Positions 22,172 to 31,914 are shown, numbered from the stretch's first letter. The stretch: DNA of 41,676 nucleotides from Marine Group I thaumarchaeote (GCA_044358425.1 CP054849.1:1012622-1054297); one strand, 5' to 3'. Notes: generated by a model from the sequence alone, not told the origin. Program-made: numbers and translations.

Positions 22172-24199
22172 ATGAGATCATTACTAGTTTTTTCCATTAC
22201 ATTTGTAATTATTACAAGTATTTTCACAGTACAATTTTTTCAATCTGAAAATGAAATTAGAACATATATTGAAAATAGTGTTCCATATGTGGGAACAGAA
22301 ATTCCAAGAACAGAAGGATTAGACGGATCTGGTATCAAAGTTGCAGTTATTGATACAGGAGTTGATTTCGATCATCCGGATTTATTGGGATGGGGGTCTG
22401 ATGGAAAAGTAATTGGAGGCTACAATTTCATTCAACCAAATCAATTACCTATGGACAATAACGGGCATGGAACAAAAGTTGCAGGAATCATTGCTGCAGA
22501 TGGCAGTATATTTGGAGTTGCTCCAAAAGCAAAAATTTTAGCTTACAAAGTTTCTGAAGATGGGGAAGGAGTGTCATCAGAATTGATTTCAGGTGCAATT
22601 GAAAAAGCAATTGAAGATGAAGCAGACATCATTAACATTAGTTTAGGGGTAAATAGAACAAATTCCAAAATAGATAGTGCAGTAAATTATGCATTAGAAA
22701 AAGGAATTTTTGTTGTTACAGCTGCTGGAAATGATGGTCCAGGATTAAAAACAATTGGCAGTCCTGGAAGGAATGTTGAATCATTAACAGTAGGTGCAAC
22801 ATACAATAACATGACTTCTAGCTTAATTGCAACATTAGAAATAGGTGAAAAACAATATACTGCAATTCCAATGGTTGGGGCTCCAAAAACAGACGAACCA
22901 GTTACTGGAAAAATAATTTTTGGAGGTTATGGGAAAAATAGTGAACTAAAAAATTTAGATGTTAAAGATTCAATTCTGATTGTAGAAAGAGGTAGCGATG
23001 TTGAAGGGGAATTATTATTTTTTTCAATTAAAGAAAAAAATGCTGCAGATGCTGGAGCTAGAGCATTAATTGTATTCAATAATGAACCAGGAATCTTTTT
23101 GGGAGAATTAATTCATGAATTTTCAGGTTCAGACTATAGTCCACAAATTCCAGTAGTTTCTATTGATAGAGAAGAAGGATTAGAAATTATTGAAAAATTA
23201 GAAAATGAAACTAAAGGAATTATGCATTTATTTTACAACCCTGACTTTATTGCACACTTTAGTTCAAGGGGTCCAGTTTCACCATTTTACATGAAACCAG
23301 ACATGGTAGCACCTGGAGCATATATCAATACCACACAAATTGGTGCAAGTTACAACTTTACAAGTGGAACTAGTTTTGCAGCACCTCATGTGAGTGGTGC
23401 AGCAGCATTATTACTACAAAATAATCCTGAATTAGAAAATCATGAATTAAAGTCATTGTTAGTAACTACAACCAAACCAGTTTCTAATGCCTATGGAAAA
23501 GAATTTTCAATCCATGAATCAGGTTCAGGAAGACTAGACATAGCAAGTGCATACAATGCAAAATTGATTATTAATCCAACAAATTTTGTAGTTAATTTTT
23601 CATCTGATGAAAAAATAATACAAAAAGAATTAGAAATAAAATGGATGCAAAATGAAATAGATGAAATTAGTGTTGAATTTGAGGGGCCAGAATTTATTAA
23701 ATTTGAACATAAAATGAAGGACAAAAATTTACAAGTTGAATTTAGATTAGAAGGAAATGAATACGGAGAATATGAGGGAAAGATCTTCATCAATCATGAA
23801 AAAACAAGATATACAATTCCAATAATTATTCATCATACAGAAGGTTCAGTTTCAGCTTATCAAGAAAATGAAAAATTATTTTTTGAAATTAATCATCCAG
23901 ATAAATGGAGTTTTGCAAAAATTGTAATTACAAACAATAAAAATGAAAATACTGAAACAATTACAACAACTCCAGAAAAAAAACCATCAGCAAAAATTTA
24001 TGAAAATGGAGAGTATTGGATTGAAGCAGATATTTTGACAAATGGAAATACAACAAATGCGTTTGATATTATTAATATTAATTCAATTTCTGAAAAAACT
24101 GAAATTATTGAATTAAGAAATATTCCAGAAAAACAAATCATACTAATTATTTCAATTATAGTAGTAGTAGGAATTGTAGGATTACTAATTAGAAAATAA
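22172..24199 (+). CDS. Subtilisin-family (S8) serine protease with PA domain, N-terminal signal and C-terminal membrane anchor
   Basis: IDTG, HGT, GTSFAAPHV catalytic triad; AAGN oxyanion Asn; ERG...AGA PA insert. Confidence 0.93.
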   Translation: MRSLLVFSITFVIITSIFTVQFFQSENEIRTYIENSVPYVGTEIPRTEGLDGSGIKVAVIDTGVDFDHPDLLGWGSDGKVIGGYNFIQPNQLPMDNNGHGTKVAGIIAADGSIFGVAPKAKILAYKVSEDGEGVSSELISGAIEKAIEDEADIINISLGVNRTNSKIDSAVNYALEKGIFVVTAAGNDGPGLKTIGSPGRNVESLTVGATYNNMTSSLIATLEIGEKQYTAIPMVGAPKTDEPVTGKIIFGGYGKNSELKNLDVKDSILIVERGSDVEGELLFFSIKEKNAADAGARALIVFNNEPGIFLGELIHEFSGSDYSPQIPVVSIDREEGLEIIEKLENETKGIMHLFYNPDFIAHFSSRGPVSPFYMKPDMVAPGAYINTTQIGASYNFTSGTSFAAPHVSGAAALLLQNNPELENHELKSLLVTTTKPVSNAYGKEFSIHESGSGRLDIASAYNAKLIINPTNFVVNFSSDEKIIQKELEIKWMQNEIDEISVEFEGPEFIKFEHKMKDKNLQVEFRLEGNEYGEYEGKIFINHEKTRYTIPIIIHHTEGSVSAYQENEKLFFEINHPDKWSFAKIVITNNKNENTETITTTPEKKPSAKIYENGEYWIEADILTNGNTTNAFDIININSISEKTEIIELRNIPEKQIILIISIIVVVGIVGLLIRK

Positions 24200-24200
24200 A

Positions 24201-25805
24201 TTAAGCAGAGTATTTTGGTCCTGCTGCAATTATATCATCAGAGACATTTTCAAATTTCTTAAAGTTTTCAACAAACATTTGAGCCAATTTTTTTGCAGAA
24301 AGATCATAGGAATCTTTGTCAACCCAAGTATGTTTAGGATCCAATATTTCTGATGGAACACCTTCAACTTCTGTTGGAATATCAAGATTGAGTAAATCAT
24401 CATGACGGTATTTTACAATATCAAGTGCACCAGAAATTGCTGCAGTGACCATTGCACGACTATATTTGATCTTAATTCTTTTTCCAACACCATATGGTCC
24501 ACCAGACCATCCAGTATTAACAAGATAGACGACGGTGTTATGTTGATTAATTTTTTCTCCAAGAAGTTTTGCATATACTGATGCAGGTCTAGGCATGAAT
24601 GGGGCTCCAAAACACTGTGAAAATACAGATTTGGGCTCTTTAATTCCTCTTTCAGTTCCTGCCAATTTACTAGTATAACCAGACATGAAATGATACATTG
24701 CACCCTCTTTTGTTAATCGAGATACAGGAGGTAAGACACCCAAAGCATCTGCTGTCAAGAATACTATGACACGTGGGTTACCACCGACACTTGGAATTAC
24801 TGCACCAGGAATGAAATCTAATGGATAACCGACACGAGTATTTTCAGTTAAAGAATTATCATCATAATCAGGTACGTTATCATTTAAGACAACATTCTCT
24901 AAAAGAGCACCAGGTTTAATTGCATTCCAAATTTCAGGTTCTGCTTCTTGACTAAGGTTGATACATTTTGCATAACAACCTCCTTCAAAATTAAAGGTAC
25001 CATTATCAGACCAACCATGTTCATCATCACCAATTAATTTTCGATTTGGGTCAGCAGAAAGAGTTGTTTTTCCAGTTCCAGATAATCCAAAGAATAATGC
25101 AGTATCTCCATTATCACCAATATTTGCAGAACAATGCATTGGGAAAATATTTCGGTCTGGCAATAAGAAATTCATTACACCAAACATAGATTTTTTCATT
25201 TCACCAGCATATTCAGTTCCTCCAATCAAAACAATTTTTCGTGTTAAATCAATTAAAATAAAAACATCAGTTCTAGTTCCATCAATTTCAGGATCAGCTA
25301 AGAAATCATTAATACATAAAATTGTAAATTCAGGTTCATGTTTTTCTAATTCTTCATCTGTTGGTCTAATAAACAAATTACTTGAAAACATACTTTGCCA
25401 AACATGATCATTGATTACTCGAATTGGTAAACGAGTTTCAGGATCAGCACCAACAAAACCATCAAAAACAAAAAGTTCTTTGTTATCAACAAAGTCCTTC
25501 ATTTTTTCAAAAAGTTTTTCAAATTTACCACTTGGAAATTGATGATTAATTTTTCCCCAATCAATCGTTTCATGAGTCTTGTCATCATACACAATAAATC
25601 GGTCATCAGGGGACCTGCCAGTATATTTTCCAGTATTTACTGAAAGAGAACCAGTAGAATTAACAACACCTTCCTTTCTATCTACAGAAATAGCCACCAT
25701 TTCATCAGTAGGTAAATTTCTATGAACTTTAGATGGATTTATGCCAAAATTCGTTAATTGAGACAAAAATTTCTCTGAAGCGGATCTACCAAGTAATTCT
25801 GTCAA
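24201..25805 (-). CDS. pckA: Phosphoenolpyruvate carboxykinase (ATP)
   Basis: TGRSP, GLSGTGKTT, IGDDEHGW, NFEGGCYAK; start uncertain (TTG at 25820, 25805 or 25766; 25805 has GGAGA upstream). Confidence 0.95.
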   Translation of the reverse strand: MTELLGRSASEKFLSQLTNFGINPSKVHRNLPTDEMVAISVDRKEGVVNSTGSLSVNTGKYTGRSPDDRFIVYDDKTHETIDWGKINHQFPSGKFEKLFEKMKDFVDNKELFVFDGFVGADPETRLPIRVINDHVWQSMFSSNLFIRPTDEELEKHEPEFTILCINDFLADPEIDGTRTDVFILIDLTRKIVLIGGTEYAGEMKKSMFGVMNFLLPDRNIFPMHCSANIGDNGDTALFFGLSGTGKTTLSADPNRKLIGDDEHGWSDNGTFNFEGGCYAKCINLSQEAEPEIWNAIKPGALLENVVLNDNVPDYDDNSLTENTRVGYPLDFIPGAVIPSVGGNPRVIVFLTADALGVLPPVSRLTKEGAMYHFMSGYTSKLAGTERGIKEPKSVFSQCFGAPFMPRPASVYAKLLGEKINQHNTVVYLVNTGWSGGPYGVGKRIKIKYSRAMVTAAISGALDIVKYRHDDLLNLDIPTEVEGVPSEILDPKHTWVDKDSYDLSAKKLAQMFVENFKKFENVSDDIIAAGPKYSA

Positions 25806-25953
25806 TAGTTTAATCTCCAAATGTTGTGAGTTTGAGCATATACGAGGGTCATAAGATATTTAGATCCGCCTAGATTTTCCTTATTATCTCTTTTCCATGA
25901 GTATTTTTTGAGGTCGAGGAACGTATTTATTCCAAAATTCAAGACTTAGTTCC

Positions 25954-26358
25954 ATGCCAATCAACAAGGAATTGATCGAGAAAAGACAGGAAGTAAAACA
26001 AAACAAACCTGATTTTGTCAGACCAGAAAGTTGGCGATATGTTAGACTTCAAACTAATTGGAGAAAACCAAAAGGAATAGATCATCATCAAAGAAAACAA
26101 AAAAGTAGAGGACGTCCAGGTTTAGTTAAAGTTGGATATGGTGGACCTAAAGATGCAAGAGGATTACATCCTTCAGGATTTACAGATAATTTAGTTTACA
26201 ATATTTCAGATTTAGAAAAATTAGACCCAAAAAAGGATGGAGTCAGATTAGGACATGGTGTTGGTACTAAAAAGAGAAAAGAAATTGTCGTTAAAGCAGT
26301 AGAAAACAAATTTAAAATATTTAATGCAAGAGTGAGTGTAATTGCCAATAAATCTTAA
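25954..26358 (+). CDS. rpl32e: 50S ribosomal protein eL32
   Basis: WRKPKGID, VGYG, RGLHPSG. Confidence 0.96.
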   Translation: MPINKELIEKRQEVKQNKPDFVRPESWRYVRLQTNWRKPKGIDHHQRKQKSRGRPGLVKVGYGGPKDARGLHPSGFTDNLVYNISDLEKLDPKKDGVRLGHGVGTKKRKEIVVKAVENKFKIFNARVSVIANKS

Positions 26359-26797
26359 AGATAAAAAACGACTTGCATCCAGAGTTACTGGAGTAGGAAT
26401 TCATAGAATCAAATTTGATACTGATCATTTAGATGATATTGCAGATGCAATTACTAGAGAAAACATTAGAAGTTTAATCACCGCAAATACAATTCAAATC
26501 AAACCATTTACAGGAACATCTAGAGGAAGAGCACAAACCAAATTGGATCAGAAACACAAAAGAGGTACAACACAAGGTTCCAAACAAGGTAGAAAAGGTG
26601 CAAGAGTTGGTAAAAAAGAAGTTTATGTTGCAAAAGTTCGTTCACTTAGAAGATTATTAAAAATTGCAAAAGACAGAAAAGATTTGACAAATCCAGAATT
26701 TTGGACACTATACAAAAAAGTTGGTGGAAATACTGTCAGAAACAAGGCTCACTTGAGAACTCTGATGGACGAAATTAAAACTAAAAGAAAAGATTAG
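26342..26797 (+). CDS. rpl19e: 50S ribosomal protein eL19
   Basis: KKRLASRV, AITRENIRSLI, GTSRGR, GRKGAR. Confidence 0.95.
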   Translation: MPINLKDKKRLASRVTGVGIHRIKFDTDHLDDIADAITRENIRSLITANTIQIKPFTGTSRGRAQTKLDQKHKRGTTQGSKQGRKGARVGKKEVYVAKVRSLRRLLKIAKDRKDLTNPEFWTLYKKVGGNTVRNKAHLRTLMDEIKTKRKD

Positions 26798-27093
26798 AAT
26801 CTAAATAATTTTTTATCAAAACTTGAGATTTTACCATTTTTGATTTCTACTCCCTCATCACTAAGCATTTTAGTTTTGATATGTTCACCATATGCATAAC
26901 CACCAATTTTACCTGTAGACATTACTACACGATGACATGGAACTATTGCAGGATATGGATTATTATTCATAATTTTCCCAATTACTCTTTGACCATTTTT
27001 TAATCCAACAGCTTTTGCCAATTCCCCATAAGTTGTAATTTGACCTTTAGGAACATCTAGTAATTTTTTGTAAACTCTTTGTTCAAGATTCAT
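26794..27093 (-). CDS. Single-domain O6-alkylguanine-DNA alkyltransferase (MGMT family)
   Basis: VPKGQITTYGELA, NP..IVPCHRVV active site, LSDEG. Confidence 0.9.
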   Translation of the reverse strand: MNLEQRVYKKLLDVPKGQITTYGELAKAVGLKNGQRVIGKIMNNNPYPAIVPCHRVVMSTGKIGGYAYGEHIKTKMLSDEGVEIKNGKISSFDKKLFRF

Positions 27094-27866
27094 AATTTAA
27101 TTATCTCAAGTGAAGTTGATTTAAGAAGTTCAATAATTTTTTGTTTATTTGTTCCCAATCCACGCCAATCTAAAAGAGCATATTTTGCCATTTTATTTTG
27201 TTTAATTATATGTGAAAATAATTCCTCATCAAGTTCATCTAAAGCATGTTTTGGAATTACTGTTCCAAGAGCAAATTTTCCTTCAAGTAATTCATGAGTA
27301 AATTTTGTGGAGTAGTGAGTTCCACCAAAACAAATTGCTACAGGGTTTTCAGGTAACTTGTTGAGAAAAATTTGGTGAACTAAATTTGCCACAGATTCAC
27401 ATAAGGATACATCAGTCCATTGTTTTTGAGTAGTACCAATTTCTATGAAGATTGTAGGTTTAGTTAATGCAGTTGGACCATGATGAGTTGCTTCAATAGT
27501 GATTTGAAATTCTGAGAAATCCGATTGATGTTTTTGTAATGTTTGAAGATAATATTTTTGTAGATCAGGATGAGGAATAGCAACTTCTCTATCATTTCCA
27601 CCAAATTTTGCTTCAGAAAAGTTTCCAGTACTATGACAAGTCAATGCCAAAACTCCAGATTCTGCAGCATGTTTTGATAAAAATACAAAACCATCATAAT
27701 CATATTTTTCTTCTAGCCAATCAGCAGAAATTGTAGGAGTTGAAATAATGATTAAATCATAAAATTTACCTCGAAAAATATCTCCATCTAGGGTCATTTT
27801 TTGTGAAAGAAAATTTGCCATATTGTAACCAGCAGGGTCATCTCGATACGCAATTAGGAGTTCCAT
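27090..27866 (-). CDS. dtdA: D-aminoacyl-tRNA deacylase, archaeal DTD2/GEK1 type
   Basis: FLSKH, LTCHSTGN, EATHHGPT, FIEIGT, GGTHY; real start MELLIAY at 27866. Confidence 0.92.
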   Translation of the reverse strand: MELLIAYRDDPAGYNMANFLSQKMTLDGDIFRGKFYDLIIISTPTISADWLEEKYDYDGFVFLSKHAAESGVLALTCHSTGNFSEAKFGGNDREVAIPHPDLQKYYLQTLQKHQSDFSEFQITIEATHHGPTALTKPTIFIEIGTTQKQWTDVSLCESVANLVHQIFLNKLPENPVAICFGGTHYSTKFTHELLEGKFALGTVIPKHALDELDEELFSHIIKQNKMAKYALLDWRGLGTNKQKIIELLKSTSLEIIKL

Positions 27867-27905
27867 GAGATAAGGATTATAAGGACACCATATTAATTTC
27901 CACCA

Positions 27906-28079
27906 ATGAACCCGAAACAGACTTTGAAAAATATGTCTAATACTATGAAAATGGCAAAAAAGCCAGATAAGGATGAATATCAACAACATCTCAGATTAGT
28001 ATTAACAGGAATTCTCGGAGTAGGTACAATTGGATTTATAATTCAATTTGTGTTTTCGGTAGTAACATTTGGTCGATAA
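27906..28079 (+). CDS. secE: Protein translocase subunit SecE (Sec61 gamma)
   Basis: Read by hand: MNPKQTLKNMSNTMKMAKKPDKDEYQQHLRLVLTGILGVGTIGFIIQFVFSVVTFGR; KPxxxEY plus TM; directly upstream of spt5. Confidence 0.93.
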   Translation: MNPKQTLKNMSNTMKMAKKPDKDEYQQHLRLVLTGILGVGTIGFIIQFVFSVVTFGR

Positions 28080-28081
28080 AA

Positions 28082-28540
28082 TTGTCTGAGGAAATTAAAT
28101 CACATTTATTTGCAATTAGAACCACAGGAGGTCAAGAAAAAGTGGTAATGAGATTATTAGAAGCTAAAGCAAATGCCAATCAAATTAACATTCAATCAGT
28201 TTTACTAGTTGACAATCTTAAAGGATATGTTGTAATCGAAGCAATCAATCCAAGTGATGCATATATGGCAGTAGAAGGAGTCAGACACATTCGTGGTCAA
28301 TTAAGAGGAGAATTAGAATTCAAAGATATCGAAGGTTATCTTGTCAAGAAATCAACAGTTTCAACATTAGAAGTAGATAATATTATTGAAATTACCGGCG
28401 GACCATTCAAAGGAATGAAAGCAACAATTACTAGAATAGATGCAGATAAAGAAGAAGCAACAGTTGTGTTACTTGATGCATCTTATCAATTACCAGTAAC
28501 TGTAGATGCAAATTATCTTAAACTCTCGAGTGGAGCTTAG
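28082..28540 (+). CDS. spt5: Transcription elongation factor Spt5 (NusG)
   Basis: RTTGGQE, KGYVVIEA, KOW motif GGPFKG. Confidence 0.95.
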   Translation: MSEEIKSHLFAIRTTGGQEKVVMRLLEAKANANQINIQSVLLVDNLKGYVVIEAINPSDAYMAVEGVRHIRGQLRGELEFKDIEGYLVKKSTVSTLEVDNIIEITGGPFKGMKATITRIDADKEEATVVLLDASYQLPVTVDANYLKLSSGA

Positions 28541-28575
28541 GAAGGATTAAATTTTCGGGATTAAACTGATTTAAC

Positions 28576-29055
28576 ATGGGAGAACAAAAAGTATCATCAC
28601 TTGTAACTGGAGGAGGAGCATCCGCAGGTCCACCATTAGGTCCAGCACTAGGTCCTCTAGGAGTTAACATCATGGAAGTTATCTCAGCAATTAATGAAAA
28701 AACTAAAGATTTCGAGGGAATGAAAGTTCCTGTAACTGTCATAGTAGATACAGATACAAAAAAATATGAAATTGAAATCGGCATTCCTTCTGCTGCAGCA
28801 TTAATCATGAAAGAAGCAGGAATTCAAAAAGGCTCTAGTACTTCAGGTACAGAATGGGCAGGAGATGTCACAATGGACGGAATTGTTAAAGTAGCAAATA
28901 CAAAACTCGAAAAATCTTATGCAACATCATTAAAATCAGTTGCAAAATCCATCATTGGAACATGTGTGGCATTAGGAGTTAAAGTAGAAGGAAAAACTCC
29001 AAAAGAAATTACTGCCGAAATCAATGAAGGCAAATGGGATGAAAAATTCCAATAA
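28576..29055 (+). CDS. rpl11: 50S ribosomal protein uL11
   Basis: GPPLGPALGPLG, GMKVPV, IIGTCVALG. Confidence 0.96.
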   Translation: MGEQKVSSLVTGGGASAGPPLGPALGPLGVNIMEVISAINEKTKDFEGMKVPVTVIVDTDTKKYEIEIGIPSAAALIMKEAGIQKGSSTSGTEWAGDVTMDGIVKVANTKLEKSYATSLKSVAKSIIGTCVALGVKVEGKTPKEITAEINEGKWDEKFQ

Positions 29056-29511
29056 TTATTCAATAAGATAAACAGGATCTTTATCGGTTTTTTGTAATTC
29101 TACAAAGGTTTCAGTATTTTGAACACCTTCTATTTTTCCAATTTTTTCAATAACTACAGAGTGTAAGGCTTCAAGATTTTTTGCATATACTTCAATCATG
29201 ATATCAAATCTACCAGTCACTTCAGAAATAGAAACAATTTCAACTGTCTCCATGAATTTCTCATGAATTTTTTCTTTTAATTTTGGGTCACGATTAACTC
29301 CAACTGAGGCCTTTACTCCAAATCCCAACAAAGATTGATCAATATCAACAGTGAATTTTTTGATTAATTTCTTTTTCATCAATCGTTTAATTCTACTATA
29401 CAAAACAGAGGCGTTAATTCCAAGTTTTTTAGATAAGACAGGAACTGAAATAGATCCATCTTTAGTTAACTCATAGAGCAATTTCATATCAAGATCATCA
29501 AATCGATGCAA
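29056..29511 (-). CDS. Lrp/AsnC family transcriptional regulator
   Basis: DDLDMKLL...SRIKRL HTH, VTGRFDI, IEGVQNTET; TTG start at 29511 fits TATA spacing (track gives 29535). Confidence 0.9.
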   Translation of the reverse strand: MHRFDDLDMKLLYELTKDGSISVPVLSKKLGINASVLYSRIKRLMKKKLIKKFTVDIDQSLLGFGVKASVGVNRDPKLKEKIHEKFMETVEIVSISEVTGRFDIMIEVYAKNLEALHSVVIEKIGKIEGVQNTETFVELQKTDKDPVYLIE

Positions 29512-29679
29512 TATGATGAAAAGATTGCTTCTCATTTAATATATCTATAAGTTTTTGGCAAAAATTGCTTTGAAATTACAATTTTTTCATATAAAAAAAG
29601 AAAATTTTTTAAAATAATTGAGAGCTAGGAAGCTCGATCTCTAAACGATTTTAAGTAGGTTTTCTGGAATTTGTTCGTA

Positions 29680-30342
29680 ATGATTACAGAAGCACAATTG
29701 GCAGAAGTAGTAACAAAAGCCAAAGAAGAGACTAAAAAAACGAAATTTAAACAATCCTTAGAGCTAATAATTAATTTCAAAGATATTGATGTAAAGAAAG
29801 GATTTGCAATTAATGAAGTAGTTCAACTTCCAAAAACAAATTCTCCTGCAACAGTATGTGTAATTGCTACTGGTGAAATGAGCCAAAAAGCAAAAGCAGC
29901 AAATGCAGATTCTGTAATTGGAAATGAAGAATTAGCAAAATTTGAAGCTAATAAAAGAGAATCTAGAAAATTCATTAACAAATATGATTTCTTTTTGGCA
30001 GATACAAAAATTATGCCAACAGTTGGTAAAGCACTTGGTCAACTTTTAGGTCCAAGAGGAAAAATGCCAACACCAGTTCCATTTGATGCACCTATTGATG
30101 CATTTCTAGCAAGATTTAGAACATCAATTAAAGTTAGAACAAGAGCATCATTATCAATTTCATGTAAAATTGGAGATGAATCTATGGAAGATTCAGATTT
30201 AGCAACTAATGCATTTACAGTTCTAAATACAATTGAGAAAAAATTACCAAACGGTGAAAAAAATATCAAAAAAGTTATGATAAAAACTACAATGGGTAAA
30301 CCAGTCAAACAAGTACAGGAGATAAAGAAAAAGTATGCATGA
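29680..30342 (+). CDS. rpl1: 50S ribosomal protein uL1
   Basis: KFKQSLEL, LGPRGKMP, KTTMG. Confidence 0.96.
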   Translation: MITEAQLAEVVTKAKEETKKTKFKQSLELIINFKDIDVKKGFAINEVVQLPKTNSPATVCVIATGEMSQKAKAANADSVIGNEELAKFEANKRESRKFINKYDFFLADTKIMPTVGKALGQLLGPRGKMPTPVPFDAPIDAFLARFRTSIKVRTRASLSISCKIGDESMEDSDLATNAFTVLNTIEKKLPNGEKNIKKVMIKTTMGKPVKQVQEIKKKYA

Positions 30343-31201
30343 AAATAGAACTACATATCCAAAAAGAAAAACGGAAATGTATCAACAATTACTAGAGTTA
30401 CCAAAAAAATACAAAACAATCTCAATTATTCAAATGAATAAAGTTCGTTCAACACAAATTTTACCATTAAGAAAAACTTTGAAAGGTGAAGTAGAATTTG
30501 TTTGTGTCAAAGATAGAGTTGCAAAAAAAGCACTTGAAGTATCAGACATTCCAGGTATGAAAGAATTTTCTACAGAACTAAAAGGACAAGTCATGTTCAT
30601 ATTTACAAACATGTCACCATTCAAACTCAATGTATTACTAGGCAAAAACAAAGTCATGATGGGTGCACGTTCTGGAGATATTGCAAGTATGGATATTGTA
30701 GTAGCTGAGAAAAACACAGGAATTGCACCAGGACCAATGCTTACAGAATTCAAAGAGGCAGGAATTCCAACAAAGATTGATCAAGGAACAATTTGGATTG
30801 CCAAAGAAACAACACCAGCCAAAAAAGGTGATGTAATTAATGAAAAATTAGCAGCAATTTTAGGTAAATTAGATATCAAACCAGTAGAGGCAGGAATTTC
30901 ACTTTATTCAGCAGTTGAAGAAGGTCTCAAATATACTGAGAATGAGATGATTGTCGATGTTGAGAAAACAAGAGACTTGTTTGCACAATTCCACCAAGAA
31001 GCAGTTTCACTATCAATTGAAGCAGGCTACATTACTGCAGATAACGTTACACAAATTCTTACAAAAGCAGCACAATCTGCACGTTCAGTATCTATTGAAT
31101 CAGGTTTCATGACTGATGAAACAAAAGAACAAATTTTACAAAAAGCAGATGCACAGGCTAAAGGATTAGCAGGTCAAGCAAAAGACTATACACCAGCCTA
31201 A
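30335..31201 (+). CDS. rpl10: 50S ribosomal protein uL10 (aP0)
   Basis: FIFTNMSPFKL, TGIAPGP, GIPTKI, LGKLDIKP. Confidence 0.95.
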   Translation: MHENRTTYPKRKTEMYQQLLELPKKYKTISIIQMNKVRSTQILPLRKTLKGEVEFVCVKDRVAKKALEVSDIPGMKEFSTELKGQVMFIFTNMSPFKLNVLLGKNKVMMGARSGDIASMDIVVAEKNTGIAPGPMLTEFKEAGIPTKIDQGTIWIAKETTPAKKGDVINEKLAAILGKLDIKPVEAGISLYSAVEEGLKYTENEMIVDVEKTRDLFAQFHQEAVSLSIEAGYITADNVTQILTKAAQSARSVSIESGFMTDETKEQILQKADAQAKGLAGQAKDYTPA

Positions 31202-31836
31202 GAATCAGTGTTTTTTACTTTAGGTAAATTCCAGTTATACTTTATTGCAATTAACCTCAATGCAGTAGTCAGAATTATTCCAATAATTGTTGCAACATAG
31301 ATTTCTTCTGTAAGATACAAAATTATTGAAAAAATTACAATTCCAATAAAACTAGCAGAAAGATAAAATTCTTTTACAAACACAATAGGGGATTGATTGA
31401 CAAAGACATCTCTTAACACACCACCACCAACAGCAGTCAAAATACCTGCCAGTAAAATGGCTAAAAAATTCAATCCAAAAATATTGTAAGCAAAAGTTGC
31501 TCCAATAATTGTAAAAACACCAAGACCAATTGCATCAAATTTCAAAAATAAATTCCAGTGTTTTTTTAATTTAGAATACAAAAAGAAGATAACAATTCCT
31601 GAAGCAATAGTAGCTATGACATATGCTGGATCTACAATAGAATTGGGAACCCTACCCAAGACAACATCTCTTATCGTACCTCCTGCCACACCAGTAATAG
31701 TTGCAAGTAGTAAAATTCCCACAAAATCAAATTTTTTTTCAATTGCCTTAAAGGCACCAGTTATTGCAAAAGCTATAGTACCAAATAGATCTAAAACATA
31801 AATAAAAAATTCAGTACTAAAAGAAAATTCTGTCAA
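31198..31836 (-). CDS. Trimeric intracellular cation channel (TRIC/UPF0126) family protein
   Basis: Duplicated GGTIRD and GGGVLRD motifs, about 7 TMs; start uncertain (31836 or 31854). Confidence 0.88.
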   Translation of the reverse strand: MTEFSFSTEFFIYVLDLFGTIAFAITGAFKAIEKKFDFVGILLLATITGVAGGTIRDVVLGRVPNSIVDPAYVIATIASGIVIFFLYSKLKKHWNLFLKFDAIGLGVFTIIGATFAYNIFGLNFLAILLAGILTAVGGGVLRDVFVNQSPIVFVKEFYLSASFIGIVIFSIILYLTEEIYVATIIGIILTTALRLIAIKYNWNLPKVKNTDS

Positions 31837-31914
31837 CGAATAGAAAAATGGCAAACAGAGTAATTAAGATTAATTAAAAATAAGTATAAAATTAAGGTGA
31901 AAGAATAAAGTTGC

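Noticed and set aside
25826-25848. Purine riboswitch-like start (CUCGUAUA) in the pckA leader
   Set aside because: The conserved AUAUGG loop and GUUUCUAC junction are missing.
27867-27989. N-terminal extension of dtdA in the ORF track
   Set aside because: It is antisense to secE and the shared promoter region; the DTD2 sequence begins at MELLIAY.
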